64,000 nucleotides of DNA from Nitrospirota bacterium. GTDB lineage: Bacteria; Nitrospirota; UBA9217. The first letter of the stretch is position 1. The number at the start of each line of letters is the position of its first letter. Location: NCBI GenBank assembly GCA_963796285.1, contig CAWCKW010000013.1:550442-614441 (forward strand), read 5' to 3'. The translations under genes were made by a program, and so were the position numbers. The notes below the pieces were generated by a model, which was not told the origin of the DNA, made no database searches, and worked only from the letters and a program-made list of their open reading frames with translations. Below are positions 31,353-40,527 of the stretch, one piece after another.

Positions 31353-31691
31353 CTAAAAGATGACCTGAGCCTGTATTCTGAACTGCTTCTCATCTTTGTT
31401 CGTCTGGGACGCATCATCGTGGATTTTTGATCCATCAGCCTGGACCTTTAGGTTGTGTGCGAAAATATAGTAGGAAACAGCCGCGCCAACCTCTTTCCGA
31501 AGGTCATCAGACTTGTCCTTATTGGGATCAATATAGCCGTAGCGTACGGCAACTTCCAGCGTCTTGGGAATTATGCAGTAGCCGGCCTGGGCCAGATAAC
31601 CACGGGCACGAATGTCTCCATCCGAATTGGCGCCTTGGGCCCGACCGCGATGCGGTGATGGTGGTTCCGGGGAACTACTGATGAATTTCAC
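31353..31691 (-). pseudogene. C-terminal fragment of an outer-membrane porin (OprO/OprP-like)
   Basis: GYLAQAGY.IIPKTLEVAVRY, SYY..AHNLKVQAD and terminal FRIQAQVIF (beta-signal ending in F). Only about 90 porin-like residues, no signal peptide. Confidence 0.6.
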
Positions 31692-32353
31692 TCCGTCCGA
31701 AGGTTCGGATGTACTTCCAGGACCCCACGCTCCATGACCAGGATCCGGTCTGCCGTCCGCTCCGCCTGTGCATGATCGTGGGTAGTCATCAGAACAATGG
31801 ACCTGTTCTGCTTTCTCATGTCCGCGATTATGGATTCGATGATCCGGGTGTTCTCTTCATCGATGGACGCGGTCGGCTCATCGAGGAAAAGGATCTCCGG
31901 TTCAAGGACAAGGGCGCGCGCTATGCCGAGACGCTGGGTCTCGCCGCTCGACAGGGTGCGCGCCTGCTGGGTTTTCTTCCGATCAAGGCCGACGAAAGCG
32001 AGCGTTTTGTTCACCCGGGCCTCGATCTCGGCATGAGACATTCCCCGGACTCGCAGGGGATATGCGACGTTCCGGGCCACTGTAGTGTTGAACACGCCGA
32101 TCTTCGGCAGGACGAGCGTGATGCGCCGTCTGAGCGCCATGTCGGGCTGCAACGCGGTATTGTTCTCACTATACGAGACGGTGCCTTCGTCCGCCTGCTC
32201 GAGCAGCGAGCAAATCCTCAGAAAGGTTGACTTGCCGCAGCCGTTGGGGCCCATCAACACATAGGTCCCGTTCCGGTCGAATGAAAAAGAGCAGTCCTTG
32301 AGTATGTTCCTGCCCTCGTATGCTTTTGCGATATGAGATACCGTCAGCTTCAT
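31688..32353 (-). CDS. tupC: Tungstate ABC transporter ATP-binding subunit
   Basis: GPNGCGKST, LSSGETQR, LFLDEPT; coupled to tupB. Confidence 0.85.
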   Translation of the reverse strand: MKLTVSHIAKAYEGRNILKDCSFSFDRNGTYVLMGPNGCGKSTFLRICSLLEQADEGTVSYSENNTALQPDMALRRRITLVLPKIGVFNTTVARNVAYPLRVRGMSHAEIEARVNKTLAFVGLDRKKTQQARTLSSGETQRLGIARALVLEPEILFLDEPTASIDEENTRIIESIIADMRKQNRSIVLMTTHDHAQAERTADRILVMERGVLEVHPNLRTE

Positions 32354-33054
32354 GTGAGAATACTGGTTCCCTTTTTCTGGACAGCATGCAGAATGAAATT
32401 GATGCTGAACGAGATGGCCAGCAAAATGATACCCAGGGCAAGGGCGAGCTCGAAATTGCCCTTGTCCGTCTCCAGGGCGATCGTGGTGGTCATCACCCGG
32501 GTGTAGCCGGCGATGTTCCCGCCCACGATCAGGATGGCCCCTACTTCCGCCATGACCCTGCCGAAGGCCGCAATGATGGCTGACAAAATACCGTATCTCG
32601 CCTCGGCGATGATGGTAATGGTCACCTGGCGCGGCGTCGCGCCCAGGGTGCGAGCCGCCTGCCTGATAAGCAGGTCGACATTGACGATTGCCGATTGGCA
32701 GAGCGCGGTCACGATGGGCGTGGCCAGAATGGTCTGGGCGATGATCATCGCGGTCGGGGAGTACAGGAGCCCCATGAAACCCAGCGGCCCTTTGCGTGAA
32801 AGCAGGAGATAAACAAACAGACCGACGACGACCGGTGGCAGCCCCATGAACGTGTTTGTCGTGCTGATGGCGAGATCGCGCCCGGGAAACCGCTTCAATC
32901 CGAGCAGCGCGCCCGCAGGAAGGCCGATCGCGGTCGCTATCAGCAATGCAAGACCCGACACCTTCAGGGAGAGTAAAATGATCCCGAAAAGCACCGGATC
33001 CAGATGGAGGATCAGGTCAATAGATTGTACAAAACCCTGGAGAAGTGAGTTCAT
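32350..33054 (-). CDS. tupB: Tungstate ABC transporter permease
   Basis: GLPPVVVGL.VYLLLSR.GPLG and FGR..AEVGA..IVGGNI...TRVMTT.IALET.KG. Confidence 0.92.
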   Translation of the reverse strand: MNSLLQGFVQSIDLILHLDPVLFGIILLSLKVSGLALLIATAIGLPAGALLGLKRFPGRDLAISTTNTFMGLPPVVVGLFVYLLLSRKGPLGFMGLLYSPTAMIIAQTILATPIVTALCQSAIVNVDLLIRQAARTLGATPRQVTITIIAEARYGILSAIIAAFGRVMAEVGAILIVGGNIAGYTRVMTTTIALETDKGNFELALALGIILLAISFSINFILHAVQKKGTSILT

Positions 33055-33056
33055 AG

Positions 33057-33125
33057 AAAAAAAGCACGGACCGCAGCGGCGAAGGATACTGGGAGTATCG
33101 ATCGATACGACGCACCGGTCCGTGC
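33057..33125 (-). terminator. Intercistronic stem-loop with U-tract between tupA and tupB
   Basis: 10-bp arms gcacggaccg / cggtccgtgc followed on the minus strand by T7, just before the tupB ATG. Confidence 0.55.
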
Positions 33126-33138
33126 TCGCCTTGCGACA

Positions 33139-33975
33139 TTATCGGGCATTCGGAATAAACAGCGCGTTGCCGTTCTTGTCCTTAAATGCCGCGATTACGC
33201 CTTGTCCTTCCTTTGAGATGATCCAGTTCACGAACTCCATGGCCTCTTTGTACTTTACGGTCTTGTTCTTCTCGGGATTCACGGCCATGACGCCGTACTG
33301 ATTAAACAGCACGGGATCTCCTTCGAGGACGATGACCATGTCCAGCTTGTCCTTGTCTTTGGTGGCTAGCCACGTGCCGCGGTCCGTGAGGGTATATGCG
33401 CGCTTTTCATCGGCAATGCGCTGGGTCTTTTCCATGCCCTGGCCCACTTCGAGATACCACTTTTGACCGGCCGGCTCGATACCCGTCTTTTTCCAGAGTG
33501 ACAGCTCTTTTGTATTCGTACCCGACTTGTCGCCCCTCGACACAAAGGGCTGACCGCTCTCGGCGATCTTCTTGAACGCGTCAGCGGCGGACTTGATTCC
33601 CTTGATCTTCGCAGGATCACTTGTCGGACCGATGACGACGAAGTCGTTGTACATCACATCATGCCGGTTCACGAAAAAGCCTTCTTCCACGGCCTTCAGT
33701 TCCTGCTCTTTCGCGTGCACGAACACCACGTCCGCGTCCCCGCGCTTGCCGATCTCGATTGACGCGCCGGTGCCGACCGCGACAACGTCGATCTTGATGG
33801 CGGTCTTCTTCTCGAAGATCGGGAGCAGATAATCGAACAGACCCGAATTCTGCGTGCTGGTGGTCGAAGCCATGCGAATGCGGGTCTCCGCGGATGCTCC
33901 GGCTGCGGCCAAAGCAGCCACGAGCACGAGCGTGACCGCCGACACTATGACAGCGTTCTGAAACGTTTTCTTCAT
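33139..33975 (-). CDS. tupA: Tungstate-binding periplasmic protein
   Basis: Sec signal ending ASA; TTS signature (ASTTSTQNSGL), VGTG, MYNDF, SRGDKSGT, DRGT. Confidence 0.93.
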   Translation of the reverse strand: MKKTFQNAVIVSAVTLVLVAALAAAGASAETRIRMASTTSTQNSGLFDYLLPIFEKKTAIKIDVVAVGTGASIEIGKRGDADVVFVHAKEQELKAVEEGFFVNRHDVMYNDFVVIGPTSDPAKIKGIKSAADAFKKIAESGQPFVSRGDKSGTNTKELSLWKKTGIEPAGQKWYLEVGQGMEKTQRIADEKRAYTLTDRGTWLATKDKDKLDMVIVLEGDPVLFNQYGVMAVNPEKNKTVKYKEAMEFVNWIISKEGQGVIAAFKDKNGNALFIPNAR

Positions 33976-34049
33976 AATTCTTCTCCTTGGTCGATGGGAT
34001 TTTTACAGAATCGGACATGATATCGCGGCACTACTCATCAGGACAGCTG

Positions 34050-34838
34050 CTAGCTTCGCCTTGTTTTCTTGGTCTGCACAGGAACCGCATCCGGTGTAAA
34101 CAGGCTTACGCCATGCTTTTTGTAACCAGCGATGAGTCCCTGTCCCTCCGCGGATGTGACAAAGGCGATGAAGTCCATGGCCTCTCGGTATCTCACATCA
34201 GGGTACTTCGCCGGGCTTACGGCAATAACGCTGTACTGGTTCTTGAGAAGGATGTCGCCGTCCATAAGAACTTTCAGGACGATTTGGGACGCGTAATTCA
34301 GGAACGTACCCCGGTCGGAAAGGGTATAAGCCTTTTTCTTGTCGGCCATGAGGAGCGTATCTCCCATCTTGGCGCCGGTTTCGAAGTACCAGCCTTTCCC
34401 CTTGGGATTCAATCCGGCATCGTCCCAGATATCCAGCTCCTTCGCGTTCGTGCCGGAATCATCACCACGCGACACGAAGGGCGCGCCTTTTTCCCCGATC
34501 AGCTCGAAGGCGTCAATGGCGCTATAGTGGCCTTTAATGCGGGCCGGATCGTTTTTCGGACCGAGGATTACAAAATCATTGTGCATGACCTGCCGCCTGT
34601 TTACCCCATAACCCTCGGCAACGAACTTCTCCTCCCTGTAAGGATCGTGCACAAAGAGCAGGTCGGCCTCGCCCCTCTTGGCGATGCGTATGGCCTTGCC
34701 CGTGCCCACGGCAATGACCTCGACCGTCACTCCGTAGCCGGTCGCTTTTTCATATGCAGGGATGAGGATGTCGAAGAGGCCTGAATTCTGGGTGCTGGTT
34801 GTGGAGGCGATGACAAGCTTGACGTTTTTTTTCTTCAT
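34050..34838 (-). CDS. TupA paralog without a signal peptide
   Basis: Same TTS, VGTG, SRGD.SGT and DRGT motifs. Starts MKKKNVKLVIASTTS directly after SD GGAGG. Confidence 0.85.
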   Translation of the reverse strand: MKKKNVKLVIASTTSTQNSGLFDILIPAYEKATGYGVTVEVIAVGTGKAIRIAKRGEADLLFVHDPYREEKFVAEGYGVNRRQVMHNDFVILGPKNDPARIKGHYSAIDAFELIGEKGAPFVSRGDDSGTNAKELDIWDDAGLNPKGKGWYFETGAKMGDTLLMADKKKAYTLSDRGTFLNYASQIVLKVLMDGDILLKNQYSVIAVSPAKYPDVRYREAMDFIAFVTSAEGQGLIAGYKKHGVSLFTPDAVPVQTKKTRRS

Positions 34839-34869
34839 GGTTTCCACCTCGGAGGAAAGGGATACTGTT

Positions 34870-34898
34870 ATTGTAGATGCGGCGCGGAAGAAAGTAAA
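34870..34898 (-). promoter_or_regulatory. Promoter of the tup operon
   Basis: Minus strand TTTACT-17 nt-TACAAT. Confidence 0.6.
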
Positions 34899-34935
34899 AT
34901 GCATAAAAATCATGGAATCTATGCGAATTATGCAT
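34899..34935. promoter_or_regulatory. Tandem LysR-type operator boxes
   Basis: Two ATG-N9-CAT dyads (T-N11-A core) at 34899-34913 and 34921-34935, 22 bp apart, abutting the -35. Confidence 0.65.
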
Positions 34936-35066
34936 ACAGGTGTGATGCACAGCTATTCTGTTTAACGGGATCGCGACCAACACGGGTGAAGAACGTCTGC
35001 ACTTATCACGCTGCAGGCTGCAGCAGCTATCTGGACTTTTACGGCCGTGCGGGCGGAAGGTATTCG

Positions 35067-35096
35067 TTGACAAAAAGCGAGTAGCGTCTTTACAAT
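35067..35096 (+). promoter_or_regulatory. Sigma70 promoter of the LysR gene
   Basis: TTGACA-18 nt-TACAAT. Confidence 0.65.
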
Positions 35097-35126
35097 GAGT
35101 CACTGTTCAGAAGACCGGGTAGAGAC

Positions 35127-36029
35127 ATGGAAGACCATAGGTTAAGATCATATTGTCTCGTTGTCGAGACCAAAAGCTTTTCACGGGCCGCCCAGGCGAA
35201 GCACATGACCCAATCCGCCATGAGCCGGCTGATAAAAAGCCTTGAGGAGGAGCTGGGCGTGAAGCTCCTTCATCGCAAGGGCAAGGTGGCGCTCCCCACG
35301 CCGGAGGGACGGCTTTTTTACGAGCATGCCAGGAAGATCCTTGAAGATTACGCGCGGATGGAACAGGACATCAGCACGGCGACGGACACCGCGAAAGGCG
35401 CTCTGCGACTGGGCGCAAGCAGGACCCCGGCCATCCATCTTCTTCCGCAGGTGCTGTACGATTTTTCTAAGGAGCATCCCGGCATTCGGATCGACCTCTC
35501 TGTGTGCAAGACAGCGAGTGTCCTTCGGGATCTGAAGGATAGCAGGATCGATGTCGGCCTTGTGGAAGGAATCATTGATAGTGAAACGTTCTCCGCAGAG
35601 GCGATAGCGGAGGACGAGGTGGTGATCATCGCGCCGGAAGACCACCCTCTTGCAAAGAAAAAGAACGTCACGATCCACGATCTCTCAATGCAAACATTCA
35701 TTCTTCCTGATCAGGGATCCGGAACGAGAGAGCTTGTTGACGGATTTCTCCGGGATGCGGGGCTCGACGCCGGAATGATCAAGGTGCGCATGACCATCGG
35801 CAGCCCCGAACTCATCGTTCAAATGGTCCAGGCCGGCATGGGTTTGGCGTTCGCATCCAAATGGTCGGTGTTCACGGCGGTAAAACAGGGGATGGTGACG
35901 CTGCTCAGGGTTCCGGGTAAGAAAATGAAGCGTCACTTCTATCTCATCAGCCTTGACCACGAGCCGCCTGCTGTTGCAAAGACGTTCCGGACGTTTTTAA
36001 AGGAATACAAGTTCTTCATTCCCTTTTAA
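35127..36029 (+). CDS. LysR family transcriptional regulator (CysL-like)
   Basis: HTH SFSRAA...MTQSAMSRLIKSLEEELGVKL; GSGTRE in the effector domain; divergent from tup. Confidence 0.92.
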   Translation: MEDHRLRSYCLVVETKSFSRAAQAKHMTQSAMSRLIKSLEEELGVKLLHRKGKVALPTPEGRLFYEHARKILEDYARMEQDISTATDTAKGALRLGASRTPAIHLLPQVLYDFSKEHPGIRIDLSVCKTASVLRDLKDSRIDVGLVEGIIDSETFSAEAIAEDEVVIIAPEDHPLAKKKNVTIHDLSMQTFILPDQGSGTRELVDGFLRDAGLDAGMIKVRMTIGSPELIVQMVQAGMGLAFASKWSVFTAVKQGMVTLLRVPGKKMKRHFYLISLDHEPPAVAKTFRTFLKEYKFFIPF

Positions 36030-36056
36030 CGCCGTCAATCCGTTAAATTAATTTGA

Positions 36057-37103
36057 TCACGATGTTTTAACAATCACTCCTCCCCCCACAACAATGTCCC
36101 CATCATAGAATACCGCGGCCTGACCAGGGCAAACGCCCGGAACTGGTTTCTCGAACGTGACCTGCACCCGTTGGTCGGCCAATGGCCTGATCATTGCTGG
36201 AGCAAAAGGCGAGCGGTAACGGATCTTGACCGTTGCATCAAGGGGACCGGACAGCTCATCCATAAGGGTCCAATTGAGGTTGCCAACGATCATTTCGCTG
36301 GTCTGCAGTTCCGAAAGCTTTCCGAGCACAACGCGATTTGTCTCCGGCTCTATCCGGACCACATAAAGCCGCTCGCCTGCGGCAACGCCGAGCTTCCTGC
36401 GCTGCCCTACGGTGAAAAGGGCGATGCCGTCATGTTTGCCGACCACGCTCCCATCGGTCATGAACACCTCTCCCGAACGAAGCAGTGAGGGCGCGTGCTC
36501 TTTCAAAAAAGCGCGGTAGTCGTCATTCGGCACAAAGCAGATCTCCTGGCTCTCCGGACGTTCAGCAGCAGGGAGATTGAGTTTGCGCGCGAGATCGCGA
36601 ACGTCGGCCTTGTACATTTCGCCGAGCGGAAAAAGCACGCTCCGGAGCTGATCCTGCGTCAGGCGGTACAGAAAGTAGCTCTGGTCCTTACCGGCGTCGA
36701 TGCCTTTCTTCAGGTGAAAACGGGATGATGCCGCATCCAGTTCAACGCGGGCATAGTGGCCTGTGGCAAGTGCATCAAAACCCTGTTCGCGGGCGTAGGA
36801 AAGCAGCATCTGGAACTTGATGAGGTCGTTGCACCTGATGCAGGGATTGGGCGTGCGGCCGATGCGGTATTCAGAGATAAAATCCTGTATAACGTTCTGC
36901 TCAAACGATCCCTGCGCATCGATCATGCGGTGCGGCACCTCCAGGTGCCGGCACACGGACTGGGCAGAGCCGATGTCGCAGCACAGACCCGCGGTCAGCT
37001 TCATGGTGACGCCTTCGACAGCCATGCCCTGCTGTATGAGCAGTGCTGCTGTCACGGAGCTGTCGACGCCTCCGCTCATGGCTACGAGAACACGTTTCGT
37101 CAT
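36057..37103 (-). CDS. mnmA: tRNA 2-thiouridine(34) synthase
   Basis: AMSGGVDSS, TPNPCIRCN, ATGHYA, KDQSYFL, ESQEICF, PGQAAVFY. Confidence 0.95.
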   Translation of the reverse strand: MTKRVLVAMSGGVDSSVTAALLIQQGMAVEGVTMKLTAGLCCDIGSAQSVCRHLEVPHRMIDAQGSFEQNVIQDFISEYRIGRTPNPCIRCNDLIKFQMLLSYAREQGFDALATGHYARVELDAASSRFHLKKGIDAGKDQSYFLYRLTQDQLRSVLFPLGEMYKADVRDLARKLNLPAAERPESQEICFVPNDDYRAFLKEHAPSLLRSGEVFMTDGSVVGKHDGIALFTVGQRRKLGVAAGERLYVVRIEPETNRVVLGKLSELQTSEMIVGNLNWTLMDELSGPLDATVKIRYRSPFAPAMIRPLADQRVQVTFEKPVPGVCPGQAAVFYDGDIVVGGGVIVKTS

Positions 37104-37114
37104 TCCAAGATCCA

Positions 37115-37271
37115 CCTATCCGGGACAAGCCGGAACCTCACGACAAGAACGAAAAGGCGTCTCTCGCAGAGCGCGCGGAGGACGCGGAGTTAATTCAAAA
37201 CCTTTAGGTCTTGGCTTTAACCAAAAATCTTTTTTGAGCCTTTCTCTGCGAACTCTGCGCCTCTGCGAGAA
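37115..37271. repeat. Palindrome plus GGTTCCGGCTTGTCC element (motif on the minus strand)
   Basis: cctatccgggacaagccggaacc ... tctcgcagagcgcgcggaggacgcggag ... ctctgcgaactctgcgcctctgcgaga. Confidence 0.75.
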
Positions 37272-37282
37272 CACTTCCGAAC

Positions 37283-37999
37283 TCAAGCCTTTTTCCACTT
37301 CAGCACTAAAAGCATCGCCGACCCGAGCATGAACAGCATACCACCTGCGAGCGCCCAGATCGCTCCGGGGTCCCTGGCAATCACCATGAGCGCGGCCGGA
37401 CCTCTCTCATAGTCCAGACTCTTGAGATAAATGCCGACACCGTTATAGAAGAGCGGCCTGTTCGGGCCGAGCGTGCCGGTCGCCACGCGCACGTTGTTCT
37501 CGAACAGATCGACCTCCGCGGCCCAGTCCGTCGGGTACCCGCGCGCGTCAGCCTGCACATGGATCTCCCTGAGGCTCAGGGCCCTGTCCTCGGGCAGCGG
37601 AGCATACGCGCCCTCAGGCAGCATGCCCGACAGCTTGTACCCCCAGCCCGCGCCGAGCAGATGCGCAAGCAGGATCAGGAGGAACCCGAGGTGCACGATC
37701 TGCGGAGAGATGCGCAGTAAAAAATCGGCGCGTGACCATCTTCCCATGACCGCCTGAACGCTGCATGCCAGCGTGTTGACCGTGAGCAGCGCGAGCGCCG
37801 CGAGGGCGGCGAAGAACCACCAGGTGTACCCCAGCTTGACCGACGCGATGTTTTGTACCCAGCGGAAGAGGATGTCTTCGTTCATCGGAGCGAAGACCTC
37901 GCGGTACGCCGGCATCATGTAAGAGCCGATGAAAAAGAGGGAGACAAGCACGAAAAGCGTCCAGACCGCTGTCTTGAGTGAGAAGAAGAAGTTTTTCAT
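37283..37999 (-). CDS. Cytochrome c biogenesis protein, ResB/Ccs1-like (short)
   Basis: FFSLKTAVW, WWF..L.ALL.VNTLACS, IVHLGFLLILLAH, DPG..WAL.GG; next to ccsA. Confidence 0.8.
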   Translation of the reverse strand: MKNFFFSLKTAVWTLFVLVSLFFIGSYMMPAYREVFAPMNEDILFRWVQNIASVKLGYTWWFFAALAALALLTVNTLACSVQAVMGRWSRADFLLRISPQIVHLGFLLILLAHLLGAGWGYKLSGMLPEGAYAPLPEDRALSLREIHVQADARGYPTDWAAEVDLFENNVRVATGTLGPNRPLFYNGVGIYLKSLDYERGPAALMVIARDPGAIWALAGGMLFMLGSAMLLVLKWKKA

Positions 38000-38075
38000 A
38001 ATGACAGAACCAAGCAGCCGCAGGCTTCAGCCTGCAACCGGAAAGACACGGTGTAATATGCGGCCACAAGCATCC

Positions 38076-38779
38076 TTAGAATTCATGCGAGCTCTTCATC
38101 AGGAGCCCCACGCCCACATAGGTGAACAGCACGATCGCGAAACCGAGGATCCCCATCCACACCACCTTCGGTCCGGTCCATCCCCGCACCAGCCGCGCAT
38201 GAAGGTAGAGGCTGTAAGTGAACCACACGATCGTGGTCCAAAGCTCCTTGGGCGTCCAGAGCCAGTAGGTGCCCCAGGCAAGAAAGGCCCAGATGCCGCC
38301 GAAGATCATGGCGACGGAGAACAGCACGTACCCCAGCAGCAGACAGCGGTACTGGTTGACCTCGGTTGCCGGTTCATCGCGATACAGAGAAAGAGAATGC
38401 CGAAGACCGCGCCGACCGCGAACAGCGCGTAGGAAAGAAACGACAGGAGCACGTGGAGTTCGAACCAGATGGTTTTGAGCACCGGCGGCAGCGGCCCGGA
38501 CATGGACGGCGAAACAAAGGAGCCGGTCAAGAGAAGCATGATCAGCGGGATCGTGAGAAAAGAGAACAGGTCACGCTTCTTGTTCCATCCCGCGATTATA
38601 TATACCGCCCCGATGGAAAATGCGAGGAAGCTGAGCGTGTCGTGCAGGCCGATCAGGGGGATCCTGCCGAAGCGCAGCGCGGTCGAACCGATGAGCGCGC
38701 CGTGGAGCGCGAGCGCCAACAGGATCAGCCGCGGCCGGTACAGGGCAAGAGGATACAGTATAAGGAGAAAAATTTCCAT
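38076..38779 (-). CDS. ccsA: Cytochrome c assembly protein CcsA/ResC; frameshifted near 38330-38370
   Basis: LPPVLKTIWFELHV..SFLSY and the WWD-like motif GGIWAFLAWGTYWLWTPKELW...YSLYLH. Confidence 0.85.
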
Positions 38780-38823
38780 AGTTAGTTACAAATTCAGTGT
38801 CTACACAAAAGGAAAGAAAATTG

Positions 38824-38951
38824 AGCCACAGGAGCCACCGAGAAAGGCCTGTACTATTTCATAACAACCGGAGTTTGCTTTACATTTTACCTCTGTGATC
38901 TCTGCGTCCTCTGTGGCAAAAAGGTTTTTAGTTCCGGCTTGTCCGGGTTGG
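38824..38951. repeat. Palindrome plus GTTCCGGCTTGTCCGGGTTGG element
   Basis: gccacaggagccaccgag ... ctctgtgatctctgcgtcctctgtggc ... gttccggcttgtccgggttgg. Confidence 0.75.
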
Positions 38952-39066
38952 CGTATTAATAAACGACGGCAGTATACCACGAGGACATGAAGACCTGTTG
39001 GTCCAATTCCTGCCGCCTCATTCCGTCCCTTCGTGTCTGTTTATGCTGTTTTGTGCCCGCAAGACG

Positions 39067-39100
39067 CAAAAGGCATTCCGGATGTCCGGAATGCCTTTTG
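39067..39100. terminator. Bidirectional-type terminator after the HU gene
   Basis: caaaaggcattccgga-tg-tccggaatgccttttg, perfect 16-bp arms. Confidence 0.75.
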
Positions 39101-39129
39101 GGATGACCTTGTGCCTGAGCACGAAAAAA

Positions 39130-39417
39130 CTATTTCTTGCCGAGGATCGCTTCCTTTGCGGCCTTTGCCACGCGGAACTTCACGACCTTCTTTGCCGGGA
39201 TCTTGATCGCTTCGCCGGTCTGGGGGTTCCGGCCCATGCGCGCCTTGCGCTGCACGAGCACGAGCTTGCCGAGACCCGGAAGGGTGAAGGCGTTCTTCGC
39301 TTCCTTGTACGCAAGCGCTGCCATATCTTCCAGGATCTGAACAGCCAGTTTCTTCTTGATGTCCGCCTTTTTCGCGATGTGGTCTGCAATCTGAGACTTT
39401 GTCATTGCCTTTGCCAT
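39130..39417 (-). CDS. hup: HU family DNA-binding protein
   Basis: MTKSQI, LPGLGKL, RKARMGRNPQTGEAIKIPAKKVVKFR; SD AGGAGG. Confidence 0.93.
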   Translation of the reverse strand: MAKAMTKSQIADHIAKKADIKKKLAVQILEDMAALAYKEAKNAFTLPGLGKLVLVQRKARMGRNPQTGEAIKIPAKKVVKFRVAKAAKEAILGKK

Positions 39418-39758
39418 GAACATACCTCCTTGAGATTAAAAAATTAAAAATTTCTAACTGCGCGGGGCAGGTTAGTTTCGCTCAATGCACTATTCGGAGA
39501 AAAGTATACTCACTCTAAAATAAAATAGCAAGAAAAATTTTGTCGTTTTTTGCGCGTATGTTTCGGTTATGTCTTTTCAACGCGTATTGAGTTTCCGTGC
39601 GTATTGTCGCGCACGCGAAGGACATCGCGGCGCCCGATCAGCACCGGGCTGGTCCTGTTTTCGGGCTCCCGTTTTCGGAGTTGACTTGCCTGTCGGGTTT
39701 ATGATAATTTATCGAAAGACGTTCACCAATTTACTACGCACAACGAGGAGGCACACCC

Positions 39759-39884
39759 ATGGCCACAAAAACAAATTTTATTCTGAAGGTTTCCGATGCA
39801 AAGCTCGCGGATGTCCAGAAGGCGCTGAAGGACGCGAACATCACTGTCGTGAGCATCATGGAAGTTCACAAGGAAGAAGCGTAG
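39759..39884 (+). CDS. Small 41-aa protein of unknown function (below the ORF-track cutoff)
   Basis: SD GAGGAGG, 7 nt, then ATG; MATKTNFILKVSDAKLADVQKALKDANITVVSIMEVHKEEA*; host-like codons; TTGACT-16-GATAAT upstream. Confidence 0.7.
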   Translation: MATKTNFILKVSDAKLADVQKALKDANITVVSIMEVHKEEA

Positions 39885-39999
39885 TTTGGTACAGCGCGTT
39901 TCATTGCCGTGAGGATGACTTGGTTCGCCTCCTGCACAAACAACGCGCGCCGTCGTCCGCTCCCACCTGTTGAGGATGTGCGCACCAGACCAACGATCC

Positions 40000-40101
40000 C
40001 CGACCCGGACAAGCTGGAAACAAATCGTGTGTACAAGATGCCAGGATAACATCGGACTGCGATGTATGCGGGTTGCCATCCTGTTCATCCTCTTATCCTG
40101 A
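40000..40101. repeat. Degenerate copy of the GGTTCCGGCTTGTCCGGG element with CAGGAT/ATCCTG arms
   Basis: cgacccggacaagctggaa ... caagatgccaggat ... catcctgttcatcctcttatcctg. Confidence 0.55.
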
Positions 40102-40192
40102 CAAAGATTTTACCTGACTTATTTTTATCATTGTAAGAAGAATGTGATTCTGTGGCTACTAAATCTGGTATACTTTAACGAGAACCGTATCT

Positions 40193-40444
40193 ATGAAAAT
40201 CACGCTCGCTGATCTTGAACATATCGCACAGGCACTTTCGATCAAGGTCTCTTACGAGGACCTCAAGACATCGAAGGGCGGCTCGTGCAGGGTCATGGAG
40301 GCCCGCAGGATCATTATCAACAAGCACCTTCAGAACAGCGACAGGATCAACCTGCTTGCAAAGGAGCTTGGGAATTTCGATCTCAGCGGACTGGACATTC
40401 CTGACAACATAAGGAAAAAGATCGCTCGGGAATCAGAAGAGTAA
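40193..40444 (+). CDS. Hypothetical 83-aa protein
   Basis: Clean ORF with GGSCRV...RIIINKHL...RINLLAKEL; TGgTATACT just upstream. Confidence 0.7.
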   Translation: MKITLADLEHIAQALSIKVSYEDLKTSKGGSCRVMEARRIIINKHLQNSDRINLLAKELGNFDLSGLDIPDNIRKKIARESEE

Positions 40445-40527
40445 AAAGTATTCCCCCTGACCGGACAACGCCTCCTTGACGTGTCCCGTAGGGCAGGCCC
40501 GAAGTAAAACAAGAGAGGTGGCTGTCC

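Noticed and set aside
34839-35126. Possible Moco/tungsten-cofactor riboswitch upstream of tup
   Set aside because: The predicted leader is only about 25 nt, too short for the motif; LysR boxes explain the region. An Rfam scan would settle it.
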